A stretch of 64,000 nucleotides of DNA from Octopus sinensis (lineage: Eukaryota). The notes under the pieces are model-generated. The model worked only from the letters and a program-made list of their open reading frames with translations, searched no databases and was not told where the DNA came from. The DNA lies in assembly GCF_006345805.1 (NCBI RefSeq), contig NC_042997.1:114514001-114578000 (forward strand), in the 5' to 3' direction. The number at the start of each line of letters is the position of its first letter. Position 1 is the stretch's first letter. Shown in pieces: positions 12,851-24,708 of the stretch. The position numbers were made by a program, and so were the translations under genes.

Positions 12851-14737
12851 TTATAAAAAAAAAAGAAAAATGTTACCCTTCACCTATCTTAAGGTTATCG
12901 CCTAATATTTGAGTGCCTTTAACAAAAACCAATCTGATGTGAGATTTTAGGCCAGGTTTCTGAATTCCTTATATTTTGGTCAATGAGAATCAGAGGCTTT
13001 GAAAAAGGTTGTGCACACCGTCCTTCCTCTTTGATTAAGCCATTTAAAAACTGAGTGACTTTGTGAAATCTATTCCTTGGGGATGTGATTTTTTATCATC
13101 CAGGATTCTTTAAAATATTCTGTTTTATATAAACATAAAAAAACCAAAGAAACAAAAGAAAAGGACTATTCCTCTGTCTTCATAAAGTTATTTCTACTAT
13201 AAGCACAAGGCCTGAAATTTTGGAGAAGAGGAGCAGTCAATAATATCAACCCCAGCACTCAACTGGTACCCTGAAAGGATGGAAAGCAAAGTTGACCTTG
13301 GCAGGATTTGAACTCAGAATGTAAAGAGCTGGAAGAAAAGCTGCCGAACATTTTGTTTGGGATGATAACAATTCTGCCAACTCGCCACCATCCCCTGACT
13401 TTGTAAGATTAATTTTAAAGGGATTATATTTATTTCTTTACTGCCCACAGGGGACAAACAAGGACAGACAAGGGGATTAAGTCGATTATATTGACCCCAG
13501 TGATTAACTGGTACTTATTTAATCGACCCCCGAAAGGATGAAAGGCAAAGTTGACCTCAATTGTCTTCGTCTACTCCTCTGTTCATGGCTTTATAGTTTT
13601 GGCGTATTAACAACATTGTTTGTGGCTACATTGAAGATAATAAGAATTGGATAAATTTCTTATAATATGTCTTTTTGTTAAAGGCAGCAAGCTGGCAGAA
13701 ATGTTAGCATGCCGGGCGAAATGCTTAGTGGTATTTTGTCTGTCTTTATATTCTGAGTTCAAATTCTACTGTGGTCAACTTTGCCTTTCATCCTTTTGGG
13801 GTCAATAAATTAAGTACCAGTTGTGTACTAGGGACGATCTAATTGATTGGCCCCCCTCCCCAAAAACGCCTAGAGTAGAAAAGAATGTCTTTTGGTTTGA
13901 CAACATCTAAGAACAATATTTGAAGACTATTTTAAATATTTTATTATCTATTCTGTGTGAAAGGAAGAAGCACAAAGGCAGTATTAAATGAAATTTCACG
14001 ATCACATTTCCTCTTGATGCAGACTATATCTTGTATACAAATAGATGTTATGACTGCCATTGTGCAAGTTAGAGCTCTAAGTAGATTATCATTCTCCAAC
14101 CAACTTCCAGTACAGCGGTTAGTTTACCATTATACATTGTAGGGTTACTAGTTATGATATGTGGAGACACATGGACTAGTGGCTAGAGCAACAGACTCGC
14201 GGTCAAAGGATTGCGGGTTCGAATCTCAGACCGAGTGATGTATGTTTTTATGAGTGAAACACCTAAGCTCCACACAGCTCCGGCAAAAGGTAATGACAAA
14301 CTTCTTTTGACTTTTTCGCCACAACTTTCTCCCACTCATTCCTCCTGCATCTAGTGGCTCACGTGGGGAGCCTATACGCAAACAAAACCGGGAAACTGCC
14401 CCTTATGACTCAAGCATGGCTCGAGACGGAACAAGCAACAACAACAGTTATGATATACAGAACATATGAAGAGGAACATTAAGATAAACACAGGTATGAA
14501 TTATTTGTCCCTCTTTGTAGGTGTCATGCAAAAGGTACTGGTCCACATAAAAAGCACCCATGCTAGTGTCACATAAAAAGTGCTTTTTACACTCTGTAAG
14601 GTGGTTGGCATTAAGGAGGGCATCCAGCGGTAGGAGCCAGGCCAAAAGAGACTATGGAACCTGGTGCAGTTCCTGCCCTTAGCAGTTCCTGTCAAGCTGT
14701 CCAACACATGCCAGCATGGAAATGGATGTTGAATGCC

Positions 14738-14968
14738 AGTGGCAAGCTGGCAGAAATGTTAGCCCGCCAGGCGAAATACCTAGCGGTATTTCATCTGCTG
14801 TTACGTTCTGAGTTCAAATTCTGCCGAGGTCGACTTTGATTTCATCCTTTCGGGGTTGATAAATTAAATACCAGTTACGCACTGGGGTCGATGTAATCGA
14901 CTTAATCCGTGTGTCTGTCCTTGTTTGTCCCCTTTGTGTTTAGCCCCTTGTGGGTAGTAAAGAAATAG
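14738..14968 (+). mobile_element. SINE family B (ggcgagctggcagaa head); further copies near 3290, 6040, 9025, 13200, 13680, 15853, 28040, 36370, 57315
   Basis: Conserved gttctgagttcaaatt box B; 12-bp TSD ggatgttgaatg; inserted in an RTE tail. Confidence 0.85.
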
Positions 14969-16562
14969 GATGTTGAATGATGATGATGATGATGACATTG
15001 ATGGTGTTCCCCTAATGATCCATTGTGGTTAGGTTTCCTGATACATTTGGAATGTCCAATGATGTATTCCAATTAACAGCAATAGTGAAACATACACAGA
15101 GACAAATAATTCATATGTTTCTATCTTAATTTACCCTGTAAACTGTAATAAAGATATAAAATGATATTGAATGAGATATTTAAGCAGGCATGATTGTTGG
15201 AGTTAAGAAGTTTCTTTCACAACTCTGAGGTTTTAGGTTCAGTCCCACTAAATGGCATCTTTGGAGAATACCTTCTGCTATAAACCTTAAGTTGACTTGT
15301 GTTTACAATTTAGAAGACAGAAACTGTATGGGAGAAAAAACCAGAGTCATTGTTCCTGTTTTGAGGTGTAAATTTAATTGGTGACCTGGTTTAACAGCAG
15401 CACCACCTGGGCCTTAGATGAATTTAATGACGTTCACTCTGTTGTAAGTATGTAGATCAAGTCACCAGTTTAAGAGTAACTCCTCTCCTTCATTCTACCA
15501 GACTTGAAGGCCATGTCTAGGGCACTAAAGTTCCACTTCTGACTAACCACACACAAAAAAAAGCATATTGTAGAGTGTTGTCATCATCCTTGTTTTAATG
15601 TCCACTTTTCCATTCTTGTATGGGTCAGTTGGAATTCAGTGAAGCACATTTTCTATAGCTGGATGCCCTTCCTGTCACCAAACCGTACCTGTTTCCAAGT
15701 AAGGTAGCATTTCCCCATGACCAGACAATCATCTCGTGGAAGATTGCAAATGAACGACACCACCTGCATGACAGTGACACTCCTTTACAACTATCTTGTC
15801 TTGATGTTGAGACAAGGATGCATGCACATTCTTTCTCTCTTTCCTGTTAGAAAGGTGGTAAGCTGGCAGAAATGTTAGCACGCTGGGCAAAAGGCTAAGC
15901 GGTATTTCGTCTGCCGTTACGTTCTAAGTTCAAATTGCACCGAGGTTGACTTTGCCTTTCATCCTTTTGGGATCAATAAATTAAGTACCAGTTATGCACT
16001 GAGGTTGATGTAATCGACTTAATCCTTTTGTCTGTCCTTGTTTGTCTTCTCTATGTTTAGCCCCTTGTGGGTAGTAAAGAAATAAGAAAGAGAGAAAGAA
16101 TGTGCATTTTCTCTACAGCAAGACTCCTACATCTGTCTCCTTTGTCATACATTAATTTCTCAAAACCTGGTACAAAGCCGCTTCCCTCAATACTTCCCCA
16201 CGCCTCTGTTAAGGGGTCTTGTATTTGCAAGTTACTGGTGCCTTCATCAGTGTAGTGGTTGGTATTAAGAAGAGTATCCAGTCATAGAAGCCATGCCAAA
16301 ACAGATATTGGGGCTGAACATCCAATCCATATCAGCATGGAAAATGGATGTTCAATGGTGATGACGATGATCATAATATATACATGTACTTCTTTCAGAT
16401 TCCATTTACCAAATCCACTCCCAAGGCTTTTGCAGACCCAGGGCTATAGCAAAAGACACCTGTCCAAAGTGCCATATCATGGGACTGAACCTGAAAAAAC
16501 ATGGTTGCAAAAGTAAACTTCTTGACCACACAGCCATGGTGAGAATAAATATAAAACTTTAC

Positions 16563-16711
16563 CTAAATCTTTCTCTCCAGATAATGTATACAGCAGCCAA
16601 TATCTCGATGACATATGTGAGCCATATACTTCCTTAGTGTTACACAGTGATCGTACATATTCACCTACCTTTCCATCGGTTATGCGAGAATTTCTTTGAA
16701 AAGTAGTATAA
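16563..16711 (-). CDS. DUF4430/transcobalamin-like domain exon X2 ((N)YTTFQRNSRITDGKVGEYVRSLCNTKEVYGSHMSSRYWLLYTLSGEKDL)
   Basis: Acceptor ttttccttccag, donor G|GTAAAG; phase 2 in and phase 1 out fit X1 and X3; GEYVRSLCN and RYWLLY resemble the WGxxVSSINN and TYWQF motifs. Confidence 0.8.
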
Positions 16712-17242
16712 CTGGAAGGAAAATCAAATACATTTGTTAATACAACAGAATTATGAAACTCAGCTTCAGCACAAAATGTCAATATTGATAAATTGATTGA
16801 GAATTTAGATGTTATAAGGTTAAAGATGGAGCTAGTTTACTAATTAGAGGAATGCAAAGGAATTTTATCGTGAGAATCTTTTAACTAGTCTGTTGGACCT
16901 ATTTCGGTACATAAAGTTTGTTTCTCAATTTCTTCTTTACTGGTTCCCTCCCAACCCAATACTTCTAAGTAACAGATAACTTTGTAAATAATGTAGCCTT
17001 TATCTGTATGTATGTGTTTCTCTTTTCACTGTTCTATATAAGAGATAGAACAGGTATATTTTTATATCATCAAAGACAATATTGGTGTATCATTGGTTAT
17101 GGTATACAACTGGTCAGAATGCTGCCATTGGTCTTGCACTGAATATTGTTTAATGGCAATATTCAACATGAAACTAACAGTAACATTCTGATTAGTTATA
17201 TGCCATAACCAGTAATCTGGTAATATATTGTTTGACAATATC

Positions 17243-17290
<48 letters not shown>

Positions 17291-18411
17291 ATTAGACAAA
17301 ATGAGATAACAAAGCCAAGACTGTGAGGAGTTTTCAGGACATTTATAAGGTAAAAGATATAGATATAGTCATATAGTTGTTTCTGGGATATTAAAGATGA
17401 TGATGATGATGATGTCATTAATGAATATCGATAACTAGAAGTAACTGTTATATGACAGGTAAAATTTTGGAAGACAGATGTTGAATGATGATGAAAATGT
17501 TGGTTGGTTGGCTGATTTTTTCCAGTCATGCTTTACATTGTAGAGAGAGAGAGAGACAGACAGAGAGGCTTAACATCTGCACATACAAGGTTTGGTGACA
17601 AGCAAAGAGTAAAAGAATGCTACACACACACAGGGAGAAAGAATCAGAGACGAGGAGGAGAAGGAGATGACAGAATAGTTATAAGACGAGTTATACAAAC
17701 AAGAAATTTGTTTTATTTAATTTTATTTCAAGGTGACCAATATTTTTCTTTTGGGAAATTAGTGTTCGCTTCATCATTTTGTTGAAGCACCAAGAAATTT
17801 GATAAAAAGTTAAAATCATAATTATTGTATGTCTGCCATAATTCTTGATACTAGCCAGGGTGGCAAAAGTATATTTTGAATGTTACTTGTCATATAACAT
17901 GTATCTCTAGTTATGTATATTAATTAGTTATTCTCATTATGCATATTCATTAAAAACATAATCCTGTATCTTTTATTTTTAATTGTTTCAGTTATTAGTC
18001 TGTGGCCATGCTAGGGCACCACCTTGAAGAATTTTAGTCGAGTGAATTGGGCCTAGTATTATTTTTCTTAACCTTGGTACTTATTTTATTGGTCCCTTTT
18101 ACTGAACTACTAAGTTACAGGGATGTAAACACACCAACACCGATTGTCAATCAGTGGTGGGGGGCAAAACACAGATGACTGACAGACACACACACACAGA
18201 CATATATGATGAGCTTCTTTCAGTTTCCATCTGCCAAATCCACTCACAAGGCTTTGATCAGCCCGAGGCTATAGTAGAAGAAACTTGCCCAAGGTGCCAC
18301 GCAGTGGGACTGAACCCAGAACCATGTTGTTGGGAAGCAATCTTCTTACCACACAGCCATTTAGAATGTAACAGTAGAAGCAGTGATAAATAAATAATTT
18401 TTTTATAAATG

Positions 18412-18782
18412 ACTAGCACTATGACCCAGCAACGCCAGGTCATAGTACTAGTGCATGCATATACAGCTGCGTGCATGTGCACATACATGTGAGTACTGTC
18501 CAAATCTCCGACCAATCACATACAGCTAGCTGGCATTCAATTGGTGTTATCAAGTTTCGGGCATTTTGATTGGGTTTTGGATAGAAAATTCACAAAAAAG
18601 TCACTTCTATTGATTTTTTAATGGCTTTGTGGGGTGACTGGGGAAATGTAAAGATGTGCACGACCACCCTTGGATGGTTTTGAATTACCATAGAAAGTGC
18701 GAGCCCTCTAACTGAAAAATTGTGGATTTGTATAAAGGACACACACACAGACAGACATTTTGCCGTTTATATATATAGAGAT
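18412..18782 (+). mobile_element. Helentron-associated non-autonomous element (HINE/DINE-like)
   Basis: 5' hairpin actagcactatgaccc..gtcatagtactagt; 3' acacacagacagac..tttatatatatagagat; related pieces at ~10975-11203 and 51153-51470. Confidence 0.55.
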
Positions 18783-18887
18783 ATATCTTGAATGTAGCTG
18801 CATGGTTTGTATCCCACATGTGGCTTTCTGCCTATTTTCAAATACAAAATGCAAACAGAATCAAAAGAATTAAAGAAAACCACATAC

Positions 18888-19017
18888 TTGAAACATTCAT
18901 TTCTGTCAGCCAAAATATTCAGAATACTTTTCAATGGTTGTTTGGATAATTTCAAATCATTCTTAATTATGGTATTATTTGGATGTTTAAGTTCTACTCT
19001 GACAGAAATTGTAGCAT
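18888..19017 (-). CDS. DUF4430/transcobalamin-like domain exon X1 (ATISVRVELKHPNNTIIKNDLKLSKQPLKSILNILADRNECF)
   Basis: Long polypyrimidine acceptor ..tctctacttcag, donor AA|GTATGT; phase 1 in, phase 2 out. Confidence 0.8.
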
Positions 19018-20616
19018 CTGAAGTAGAGATAAACAAATAAATAAAGGTAAATAAAACTAAAAATATATATATATATATAAAACAAAACAATCTCATGCAA
19101 CAACTTCATTTCCCATCCCCACCCACCTGCATGTCTAAGCCATCCATGTTATTCTTTTAGGTCGACTCCAGTGGGTTCCATATAAGATTTTCCTGTTAAA
19201 ATTTATGTGCAATAAACTGGTTATTGTTGTATTTCAGGATGGTCATTTAAAAAAATTTTTTTTTTGCCAAAAAAATACATGCACTATATATTTGTTCTTC
19301 ACTCATTTATTACTGTTCTTATTCTAACTCATGTCCATTGCCCAGAAATCTTTCATCACACACCTGTGACCTCTTCAGCAGCACTTTCCATTCTCATGTG
19401 TGTTCTTTTATGATATGTATCCTTGTATGCATATGTATTTGTGTGTGTGTGTGCGATTGTTCTTAGTAGTACTATGATCCTCCTCTCAGCTCCATTCCTC
19501 TCCCATTGCTGCTGCTACTGCCTGTGTCCCCGAATTTTGGTACTGTTCCTGTATCTCTCTGTGTTTCTGTGTTAGCCCATGCTGATGCAATTGTGGTAGT
19601 TGTTGCTGTTGTTACCATTGTTGCTATTGTCGTTGCTGATCACATTGTTGATATTGCTGTGGCCATTTGTGAAGTTATACAGTATGTGTGTTTGTGCGTG
19701 TATATGTGTGAGGAAACTGGTTATCCCTTTATCGTTAACATTACTCTGTCAAATGTAATGTGTATTTATTACTATTATTTTGAATTAATCATGTAATGTC
19801 ATGTAGTTTCAAGATTTCAATGATATGATTGTATATCTTTTGAATGACATTGTAGGGTAGGTGTGAGAAGCTGGATCTGGCTGGTTTGAACATAAAACAT
19901 GTAGAATATTTTGGCCAGATATGATTGGTGTAAATGCTAAAGGGTTATATTTCTACAATACACAGAATATTTTAACAATTTTTTGTATAATTCCTAATAG
20001 TATTTAATCATAAAAATATACTAGAAGCTTTTAGATGCCCCTGAATGAAACAGGGATCAAAGGGACCATAAACAACAAATAGTTGAGAACCACTTGCTTA
20101 GTCAGTCTCTGTATAGAAAGAATTTATACATACTCATATGTGTATGGTTATGAAACAAATGCCTTAACTGCACAGCTGTACTGGAACCTATATGTATAGT
20201 AAAATTGTAGTTGTGGTCGAAGCTAGTGCCACCTGGCTGGCACCTATGTTGGTGACGCATAAAAAGCACTATTTCATGTGTAGCCGATGCCAGTGCCACC
20301 TGACTGGTACCTGTGCTGGTGGCATGTAAAAAGCACCTGCTATGCTCTTGAAGTGGTTAGCATTAGGAAGGGCATCCAGCTGTAAAAACCTTGCCAAATC
20401 AGACTGGGGCCTGGTGCAGCTTCCCAGCTTGCCAGTCCTCAGTCAAACCGTCCAATCCATGCCAGCATGGAAATTGGACATTAAATGATGATGACAACGA
20501 TGATGATACATACATACATAGATACATACATATATATATATTTCCTTATTGAAAATAATTCAATTTATTTGAATCCATGTGATGCTGGAATTTTTATTCC
20601 CCAATAAATAAAATAA

Positions 20617-20653
<37 letters not shown>

Positions 20654-20862
20654 TATATATATATATATATATAAATATACACACACACACACCTCTATAA
20701 TGTTTAAGAACTAACTAAGGATTTGAGCTATACTTTTACTCCTCATGGAAACAACATAAAGTTAATAAAGAAGTTAAGAATATTATGAGCATGTGAGTAA
20801 AAATTTATACCTCTGTATATAAAGAAATATATTATGTATTTAGAGTTAAAATTCAAGCTGCT

Positions 20863-20936
20863 TCATCTTGAAGCATGTCTGCTTATTCCAGTAGACACTT
20901 CATCCAAATTAAATTTTGTATTATTTGATTCCTTGT
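20863..20936 (-). CDS. Possible alternative terminal exon E13 ((N)KESNNTKFNLDEVSTGISRHASR*)
   Basis: ttcttcag acceptor, phase 1 matches E12, TGA at 20865-20863, AATAAA near 20595; acceptor is modest. Confidence 0.3.
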
Positions 20937-21203
20937 CTGAAGAATTTCTCCTAGAAACTTTCTTACATGTTTATTATCCAACATGTACAATTTTGTAATT
21001 TTTGTTAGCAAATGAAACATGTATAATGGTGAATATATAATACTAAAACATTTTACCAACTTCCTGTTTTGATATAAATTTGATTTAGTATTACTAAATT
21101 AAATTTTTCCCTGTAAGTTTGGAATCATATTCCCTAATATTATTATTATAAATAAATATATATATAAATGCTCAATAAATAATGTTGCATGAAGCGTTGT
21201 TGA

Positions 21204-22440
21204 ATGAAATATCATTATGTCGATCATGGAATGATATGTCACAAACTGCGTGATCTTGGCATAGTTAGAAAATTGGGAGAATGGCTTCATGACTTTCTGA
21301 AGGATAGAAGTCAGGTGGTAGTAGCCAATGGGGCCACCTCCAATAACATGCAAATAGTGAGCGGTGTTCCACAAGGCACTGTTTTGGGACCACTGCTGTT
21401 CATAATAGCCCTCTCAGACATGCCCTCAGCCACGCAGAGATCCACAATCACAAGTTATGCAGATGATACAAAAGTTTCACAGGTAATACAGAACCCTGAA
21501 GACACCATGCACCTGCAATGTGAGCTGGACAAAATATACAAGTGGGCTGAAAAGAATAGCGTGCAGTTCACTGCTGAAAAGTTTCAAGCTTTATGCTATC
21601 AGCATGCAAAACTAAATGCAATGCCCAATAAATACACTGGACCTGGAGGGTTTGCAATCCCAGAGGCACAATCAGTGCGAGACCTGGGTATTTACATGAG
21701 TAATGATGCAACCTTTCATGTGCATGTTGCTAAATTGGCAATGAAATGTAGGCGGCCGACTGGATGGATTCTTAGAGCTTTTAGAACAAGAGACCAGGAA
21801 CCATGATGGTCCTCTGGAGGACACTTGTCTTAAGCCACTTTGACTATTGCTCTCAGCTATGGTCACCAACCAGTGTCAAATTAATCACAGAACTTGAGGC
21901 GATCCAATGAAGCTACACAAAGAAGATAGCCTCTGTGCAGCATATAAGCTATTGGGAAAGACTCAAGAGATTAAGACTCTATTCCTTAGAGCATAGGTGA
22001 GAAAGATATGCCATAATATACATCTGAAAGATTCTGGAAGGACTTGTCCCAAACCTTGGCATCGAGAGTTAAACAAATACTAGAACTGGGTGCCACTGCA
22101 TAGTGCCAAGGTCTCCAAATATGCCATCAAGATGTAGGACAAGATACTGTGATAGCCTGGGCTTCAGAGGTCCATAGCTCTTCAATATCCTCCTGAAGGA
22201 CCTGAGAGACCTTCATAGGGTGGATGCGGATGTCTTTAAAATAAAGCTGGACCTCTTCCTGTCAGGTGTCCCAGATGACCCAACTTCACGGCAGGAGGTG
22301 CAGATGAGGGCAGCTGCATCAAACTCTTTCATGCACCAAATGTTAATTGCTAAAAAGCATTCGTGAAGTAAAATCATGTAGCAACACCGAATGGCAGTGC
22401 CCCAGCATGGCCACAGCTTGTGAGCTGAAACTAGATAAAA
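21204..22440 (+). mobile_element. 5'-truncated CR1-type LINE (RT and 3' end)
   Basis: SGVPQGTVLGPLLF, SYADDTK, SVRDLGI motifs; stops downstream; homologous to 44600-45835. Confidence 0.9.
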
Positions 22441-22445
22441 TGATG

Positions 22446-22755
22446 TAAAATCATTTTTAACATGTTCAAATGTAATTGGACATGTTAAGGAATAGTCTTG
22501 GGAGAAAATTCCCCTCTTAGACTTATGTAAATACACATTTTATTTTGGGTCGTGAGTGACACCATGAGATCATAAGACACTGGTATTTCTGGGTTGTTCT
22601 GCTTTGTCAGTTATGAAAACTAACTCAGTCACTCACGACCCAAAATAAAATGTGCTTTTGTAGAGGCCTTGAGGAGTATTTTCTTTTGGAAGTCTTCCTG
22701 TAGGGAAAGGTTTTATCATGTCGAATTACATTTGAACATGTTAAAAAATGAATAC
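22446..22755. mobile_element. Nested inverted-repeat element (MITE-like)
   Basis: Outer IR catttttaacatgttcaaatgtaatt(g/c)gacatg (~22451-22483 and ~22717-22750); inner IR cacattttattttgggtcgtgagtgac (~22533-22560 and ~22628-22654). Confidence 0.7.
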
Positions 22756-22781
22756 ATAAATATATATGAATAGATACTTAC

Positions 22782-22806
22782 TTGCTGCTGCTGGTGATGA
22801 TGCATT
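22782..22806 (-). CDS. Micro-exon E12, 25 nt (NASSPAAA + 1 nt)
   Basis: ttttccag acceptor, GTAAGT donor; phase 0 in matches E11, phase 1 out matches X1; the duplicate at 57919 differs only by synonymous CCA/CCT in this frame. Confidence 0.6.
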
Positions 22807-22889
22807 CTGGAAAATTGAAGAAATACATTTTAAGTAAAGTAAAATAATTTATGAAGAGTTTTCAAGTAATTTTTAATGTTTATATTGTT

Positions 22890-23190
22890 TGTTCCTTCTC
22901 GAGCCATGCCTGGTTCATAAGGGCCAGTTTCCCGGTTTCCTTGGCGTATAGGTTCCCCACCTGGATGGGATGCCGGTCCATCGCAGGTGAGCTGCAAGAT
23001 GTAGGAGGAAAGAGTGAGAGAAAGTTGTGGCGAAAGAGTCAGTAGAAGTTCACCATTACCTTCTGCCAGAGCCACGTGGAGCTTAAGGTGCTTCACTCAT
23101 AAACACACACATTGCTCGGTCTGAGATTCAAACTCACGAACCCTTGACCGCGAGTTCACTGCTCTAACCACTAGGCCATGTGCCTCCACA
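22890..23190 (-). mobile_element. tRNA-derived SINE family C; further copies near 12410, 14160, 33811, 37690, 57537, 61207
   Basis: Head gtggaggc(g/a)catggcctagtggttag (box A) and gtttgaatctc or ggtttcgattccc (box B). Confidence 0.85.
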
Positions 23191-24493
23191 ATGTTTATAC
23201 TAGTATTTTTTAAATATTAAATTTATTTAATGTAATAATACCAAGACACTAAACAATTATTGAAACTAGAGTATTGTAAACAAGCTTTAAAAAATAGTCG
23301 TTTTTATAAATCACATTAAATTCTTCTTTTTTCCTTTGATATAGTTTGAATGACATTTTACAAAGGCTCGTCCTATGTTTGGCAAAAAAAGAAAATCCAG
23401 ATTATTTTAATTAAACAAAATCTAATTTTACACATTGGTTCACCATCAGACAGATTTCTACTAACTGATGACACAATGTCCTCTGTCTAATCTCTCATCA
23501 ACTGGCACAAAGCCCCTCTCCCACTACTACCCCCTCCTCTCAGCTGAAAGGGTTTTTGTCTTGCAGCTTACTCAGCAACCCTGTCAGTGCTAGTTCCATG
23601 TAATAAAGCACCAGTGCTGGTTCCACATAAAAGGCACTGGTGCCAGGGTCACATAAAAAGCACCTAGTACACTCTGTAAAGTGATTGGTGCTAAGAAGGG
23701 CATCCAGTCATAGAAACCATGCCAGGACAGAAAATGGGGCCTGGTGCTGTCCCTAGCCTTACCAACTCCTGTCATACTATCCAACCCATGACAGCAGGGT
23801 AAATGGATGTTAAATGATGATGATGATGATGATGTTTAAAATAGGAGTGCTTAAACTCTTGATTTCTTTTGCTAACATGGACACCTAAGGCTTCCAAGAA
23901 GAAAACACTAAATGGCACTTACACCAGATTAAAAAGATTCGAGCGAGGCCATTGCCAGTACCGCCTGATTGGCCCCTGTGCTGTGACACGTAAAAGAGCA
24001 CCATTTGAGCATGATCATTACCAAACTCGCCTTACTGGCACCTATGTCGGTGGCATGTGTAAAAAGATTCAAGCGAGGTCATTGCCAGCACCGCCTGACT
24101 AGCCCCTGTGCCGGTGGCATGTAAAAAGCACCTACTACACTCTCGGAGTGGTTGGCATTAAGAAGGGCATCCAGCTGTAAAAACTCTGCCAGATCAAGAT
24201 TGGAGCCTGGTGCAGCCATCTGGTTCGCCAGCCCTCAGTCAAAATCGTCCAACCCATGCTAGCATGGAAAGCGGATGTTAAACAATGATGATGATGATGA
24301 CCAGAATTTGGCAGAAGGCTAGCAATTTAAGTGGGAGGAAGTCAGTCGAATTACATCAACCCCAGTGCTTGACTGGTGCTTTATTTCATTGACCTCCTGT
24401 AAAGAACAGGAAGAAGCCCTTTGTCTGATAGTAATAATTTTGCTAGCTCCTCACTGCCTTAAATAAAAAAAAGAAGAAATCATTAATAAATAC

Positions 24494-24708
24494 CGATTGA
24501 GTTGCATTATTTTTTACAATCTTAGATGGTCCCACTGCTTTTGATCTTAAAAGTTGTTTCAACCAACTGCTGTATAGTGGATTCTTTGGCATCGGGTTAT
24601 AAGGATAGGCTTTTTTTGTTGGATAAGATGGCTTCATAAAACTACCATAAGGATGTACATGATACTGATAAGCTTTAGGTATTGGTACATATGGCATAGG
24701 TGGTTGTT
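24494..24708 (-). CDS. Exon E11, 215 nt, Pro/Tyr/Lys-rich (QPPMPYVPIPKAYQYHVHPY...KNNATQS)
   Basis: Acceptor ctctgtttcag, donor TCG|GTATTT (alternative GCA|GTGAGG, same phase); open frame matches ORF 24443-24697. Confidence 0.75.

Noticed and set aside
17062-17230. Protein-like minus frame (LPDYWLWHITNQNVT...)
   Set aside because: Ends in a stop with no convincing donor, and X1 joins X2 in phase without it
19125-19190. Possible exon KILYGTHWSRPKRITWMLRHA upstream of X1
   Set aside because: Needs a phase-2 upstream exon that I could not find; the other frames have stops
19506-19796. Val/Ala-rich hydrophobic ORF
   Set aside because: Antisense of a decayed AAC/AGC simple repeat; no splice support
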